DNA from: Flavobacteriales bacterium
Lineage (GTDB): Bacteria; Bacteroidota; Bacteroidia; CAIKAF01
Direction of reading: 5' to 3'
NCBI GenBank assembly: GCA_052437175.1
Contig: JBQVOK010000001.1
Location: 227,388 to 291,387, forward strand
Length of the DNA: 64,000 nucleotides
This document shows positions 61,901 to 64,000 of the stretch, in pieces. The position numbers were made by a program, and so were the translations under genes. The notes beneath the pieces were generated by a model that saw nothing but the letters and a program-made list of their open reading frames with translations, was not told the DNA's origin and made no database searches. The stretch's first letter is position 1; each line of letters starts with the position of its first letter.

Positions 61901-63244
61901 TCTTCTGTGGCGGGCCTTAGCTACCAGCTGCGCGATAATACTACCAATATCGGCAGCGCACAGGCCGGCACGGGCAGCACACTTACTTTCCGCACGGATA
62001 ATCTTACCGCAACCAGCACCACCTATAATATACTGGCTACCGCTGGCGCCGGCTGTACACTTTCGGTGAACGTACCCGCCATCAGTGTTGCGGCCTCGGC
62101 TACTTCGCTTGCCAATAATAACGATACACGTACCTGTTACGTAAACGGGAACAATGCCTTTGTGGAATTTGCTATGTCCGGACGCAGCATCATTGCCGTG
62201 AACCCGGGTACACAAGACCTGGGCCTGGTAACGGTAACCGAGTATGTAAACGGTACACCGGTGAACATACAGGCCTGCAATACCAATTCTGTAACGCAGC
62301 CGGAGTTCAACAGCGCGGCCCTGAGCCGTCACTGGGTGATCACGTCCTCCAATCCGCCGGTAACGCCCGTGAATGTACGCCTGTACCTGGCAGACGGCGA
62401 TGTAAGCTCCCTGGCTGCCAGCGCAAATTTCAACGTAAACCCCGATGACGACGTAAGCGGGATCGGTTCTCTGAAACTGAGCCGTTACAGCGGGCCGAAT
62501 GAAAATGCCACTTTCAGCGATAACTGCAACACCGGTGGTAATACCTACCTGCATGCGCAGAGCGGAAACGGTACCATAACCGCAGGGATATCCGGCAATG
62601 CCATTGCAGGTGCTTCCTATGTTACCTATACGGTGAACGGGTTCTCCGAATGGTGGCTGAGCGGTACCGGTGCCACCAGTCCGCTGCCCATCGTACTCGG
62701 TAGTTTTAATGCCGAATGTGCTAAGGGTGGTGTAGAGATACGCTGGACCACCATGTCGGAAGTGAATAACGCCTACTTTACCATAGAGCGCAGTGCCGAT
62801 GCAGAGCACTGGGAGCTGGTACGCGAAATAAGCGGTGCAGGCAACAGTAATACGCTGCTGAATTACAGCATCACCGATGATCGTCCGCTGAACGGTATTT
62901 CATACTACCGCCTGCGGCAGACCGATCATAACGGGGACAACGAGACCTTTGCCCCGCAGAGTGTTACCTGTTTCGGCAACGCCCAGAATGGCCTGCTGAT
63001 CTACCCCAATCCTTCGAACGACTATTTTGTACTGAACTTCAGCACAGCTGCGGATATGGCAGGTTCCGTAGAACTCATGGACATGACCGGGCGCCGGGTG
63101 GCCATACAGAACGGCAGCTGGCAGAGCGGTATGAACAGCTTTACGTTTAAGGACCTGGCCGCTTTCCTTCCAGGTGCGTATACACTGCGGATCAGTGGCG
63201 AAGGGAAAGTACTTTATACGGCGCCTGTAATTATAAAGCGTTAA
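58991..63244 (+). CDS. Giant T9SS-secreted surface protein, paralog of 54177-57614. It has a distinct ~515-aa head, 5 tandem 85-aa repeats, a conserved ~400-aa module and a T9SS sorting domain
   Basis: Signal peptide MNRMLPVFLALMLCLTAAAQ. Five 85-aa repeats. The C-terminal ~480 aa are co-linear with the first paralog (NNNDTRTCYVN..., RHWVITSSNPPVTPVNVRLYLADGD...). T9SS type-A sorting domain at the C-terminus. Confidence 0.8.
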   Translation: MNRMLPVFLALMLCLTAAAQKSETGTGENPVSRREAADPVIMKLYGASGPYAKYDPARELPEKRTENAKHFRNEDGTETALLTAGPMHYFENGEWLTSSNEIIPVSMPLYPGYVLMNRHNQYKTLYGTAGKGMAIKKADGSDLLSGYTQEGVFLYDLDKKMQKNVLQYNKEALPLRSAETDNHLEYGLTPDISLQVTQLTGKIKSQYFIGSNPFAAYGGSKYLGFAEQLTFAEPVEIVNDEQKKGLLVKNAAGEVLFSYNEAYYFQQNRKSSSEYEEAEYLVTKVDDFTYKIVLLVPIDWFNNPERVYPVIVDPSITCTPNASIYWTGTTNEDADAHSSDNIKVGFYDCSGCDDETWAPYAKINLSSIPDGSCIQNASFSMYQHTWRNGGGNDGLRFEIGWANVEPVSASWASIRDNVQGLSERYANWDVWGTPGNCGGCNGGYDYPESPNGWKNFNIDYALHRNRVANRLTTDYITYGLDMTYNANDCFWCWGDETNELEYYGWSNGSRPQLSVTYQSASVAPTAISGTTTICSGGSTTLTASGGSVGSDATIQWFSGSCGSTVIGTGNSITVSPASNTTYFVRYSGSCNTTGCASVTVTVNTVSSAPTGISGTTTICAGNSTTLTLSGGSAGTGATAQWFSGSCGSTVIGTGNSITVSPTSNTTYFVRYAGTCNTTACASVAVTVNTLSTAPAAITGSTSICLGNSTTLTLSGGSAGTGATAQWFSGSCGSTVIGTGNSITVSPTSNTTYFVRYAGTCNTTTCTSVSVTVNTPSAAPTAITGSTTICTGGSTTLTLSGGSAGTGATAEWFSGSCGGTAVGTGNSITVSPGSNTTYFVRYAGTCNTTACASVAVTVNTPSVAPTAITGSTTICAGGSTTLTLSGGSAGTGATAQWFSGSCGSTVIGTGNSITVSPGSATTYFVNYAGSCNTTACAFVPVTVNPVPAAFTPLISTSTPVCYRGNAEITVASSVAGLSYQLRDNTTNIGSAQAGTGSTLTFRTDNLTATSTTYNILATAGAGCTLSVNVPAISVAASATSLANNNDTRTCYVNGNNAFVEFAMSGRSIIAVNPGTQDLGLVTVTEYVNGTPVNIQACNTNSVTQPEFNSAALSRHWVITSSNPPVTPVNVRLYLADGDVSSLAASANFNVNPDDDVSGIGSLKLSRYSGPNENATFSDNCNTGGNTYLHAQSGNGTITAGISGNAIAGASYVTYTVNGFSEWWLSGTGATSPLPIVLGSFNAECAKGGVEIRWTTMSEVNNAYFTIERSADAEHWELVREISGAGNSNTLLNYSITDDRPLNGISYYRLRQTDHNGDNETFAPQSVTCFGNAQNGLLIYPNPSNDYFVLNFSTAADMAGSVELMDMTGRRVAIQNGSWQSGMNSFTFKDLAAFLPGAYTLRISGEGKVLYTAPVIIKR
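60545..61823 (+). repeat. Intragenic tandem repeat, 5 x 255 bp
   Basis: Five near-identical 255-bp units, followed by a sixth divergent copy. They are homologous to the repeats at 55446-56210. Confidence 0.85.
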
Positions 63245-63270
63245 AAATTAATTGCATAAACACAGCAGGA

Positions 63271-63299
63271 AGGCCATCAGAAAATGATGGCCTTTTTTA
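63271..63299 (+). terminator. Rho-independent terminator
   Basis: Hairpin aggccatcag-aaaa-tgatggcct followed by T6. Confidence 0.7.
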
Positions 63300-63539
63300 T
63301 TATCTATTTGTAATTCTCCTAACTAATAGTAATTTAGTATCAGTAAACATCAAAAAACCTTTTCTATCATGAACACACCATATCACCGCAGCTCCTGTAC
63401 CTGAAGCTCCACAGGTATTTCTTTCCGTAGTTTTTTATCGTTTTTACCGCCTTCCCCGGACGCTGACGAAGCGTACCTGAGATTATATCACCCTTGTTTT
63501 ATCTAAAAACAAAAAACGTATTAATCCTCTGTGACCAGT

Positions 63540-64000
63540 ATGAAGACAAATCTACTTAAACCGTTCTGCGTGCAGCTGCCTGTAAAAGGACTGCTTGCGG
63601 CAGTAATCACGTGTACGGCCGCTGCGCTTTCGGCGCAGAACGTATCGGTAAATACCGACGGAACCTCGGGACCGGGACTTTTTAACGTGGGCAATACTAC
63701 CACGCCGCCTTTCCAGGTAATGCCCAACGGGCAGGTGCTGGGCTGGGCATCGGGTACGGCGGGTGGGCCCTCATATTCTTTTGTGGGCAACGGCAGCACG
63801 GGTATGTTTCGTCCGGGTACCGATATCCTGGGCTTTTCTACCGCATCCACGGAGAGACTCCGCATCCTGGCCAATGGCAATGTAGTAGTGGCCGGAACGT
63901 CCACTAACGCACGTTTTGAGGCCGTAGGGCCGGCTACGGGTTCCGGGGTGGCCATACAGGCCGGCGGTGGGGGCGATGTGCTGCTCAACAGTGGCGGAAG
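63540..64000 (+). CDS. Secreted Gly/Thr-rich protein, possibly tail-fibre-like or adhesin-like; 3' end outside window
   Basis: ATG at about 63540. Signal peptide MKTNLLKPFCVQLPVKGLLAAVITCTAAALSAQ. Open + strand frame to the window edge with no stop. It is missing from the ORF track, which lists only the antisense ORF. Confidence 0.55.
   Translation, partial: MKTNLLKPFCVQLPVKGLLAAVITCTAAALSAQNVSVNTDGTSGPGLFNVGNTTTPPFQVMPNGQVLGWASGTAGGPSYSFVGNGSTGMFRPGTDILGFSTASTERLRILANGNVVVAGTSTNARFEAVGPATGSGVAIQAGGGGDVLLNSGG

Noticed and set aside
60827-62809. 660-aa minus-strand ORF, plus many 70-80-aa minus ORFs at 55400-56134 and 60538-61725
   Set aside because: They are antisense to the giant repeat-protein genes. 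They are generated by the GC-rich tandem repeats, and their proteins are low-complexity Arg/Gly/Ala strings.
63521-63988. 155-aa minus-strand ORF at the window edge
   Set aside because: The opposite (+) strand encodes a signal-peptide-bearing protein with an uninterrupted frame. The minus-strand product is Pro/Ala/Thr-rich with no start-proximal features.

Overview
This 64 kb window is chromosomal DNA from a Bacteroidota genome (roughly 55% GC), most likely a Chitinophagaceae-like lineage. The assignment rests on several features: Bacteroidetes-style -7 TAnnTTTG promoter boxes, T9SS C-terminal sorting domains, a split transketolase, a class I aldolase and an LDH-like malate dehydrogenase. The window opens inside a giant RHS/YD-repeat protein, which is followed by a secreted TPR protein and housekeeping genes (nfi and others). 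An AT-rich accessory stretch at about 8.8-17.3 kb carries a KilA-N protein, an XRE regulator, a classic-clade AAA ATPase, a large S8 subtilase, a 204-aa unknown protein and a HigB/HigA toxin-antitoxin pair. I flag the tightly packed XRE-AAA-S8-hyp cassette as the best candidate for an uncharacterised defence or abortive-infection-type system. The middle of the window is core metabolism and envelope genes: map, mdh, accD, fbaB, dacB, an RND efflux operon, a LytS/LytTR pair, an ECF sigma factor, BamA/Omp85, lpxD, efp, hup, fmt and tktA/B. The 3' third holds a second unusual locus. An HTTM-family membrane protein (homologous to vitamin-K-dependent gamma-carboxylase) and a di-haem cytochrome-c peroxidase each overlap by 4 bp (ATGA) the start of a giant T9SS-secreted paralog of 1145 and 1417 aa. 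Both giants contain near-identical 255-bp tandem intragenic repeats, three and five copies respectively, that encode cysteine-bearing 85-aa modules. I also found a roughly 93-bp intergenic tandem repeat (three copies), a repeat- and palindrome-rich 0.8 kb non-coding region upstream of higBA, an AT-rich secreted-protein gene beside an AraC regulator, and an unlisted + strand gene at the 3' edge. No rRNA, tRNA or CRISPR array was seen.
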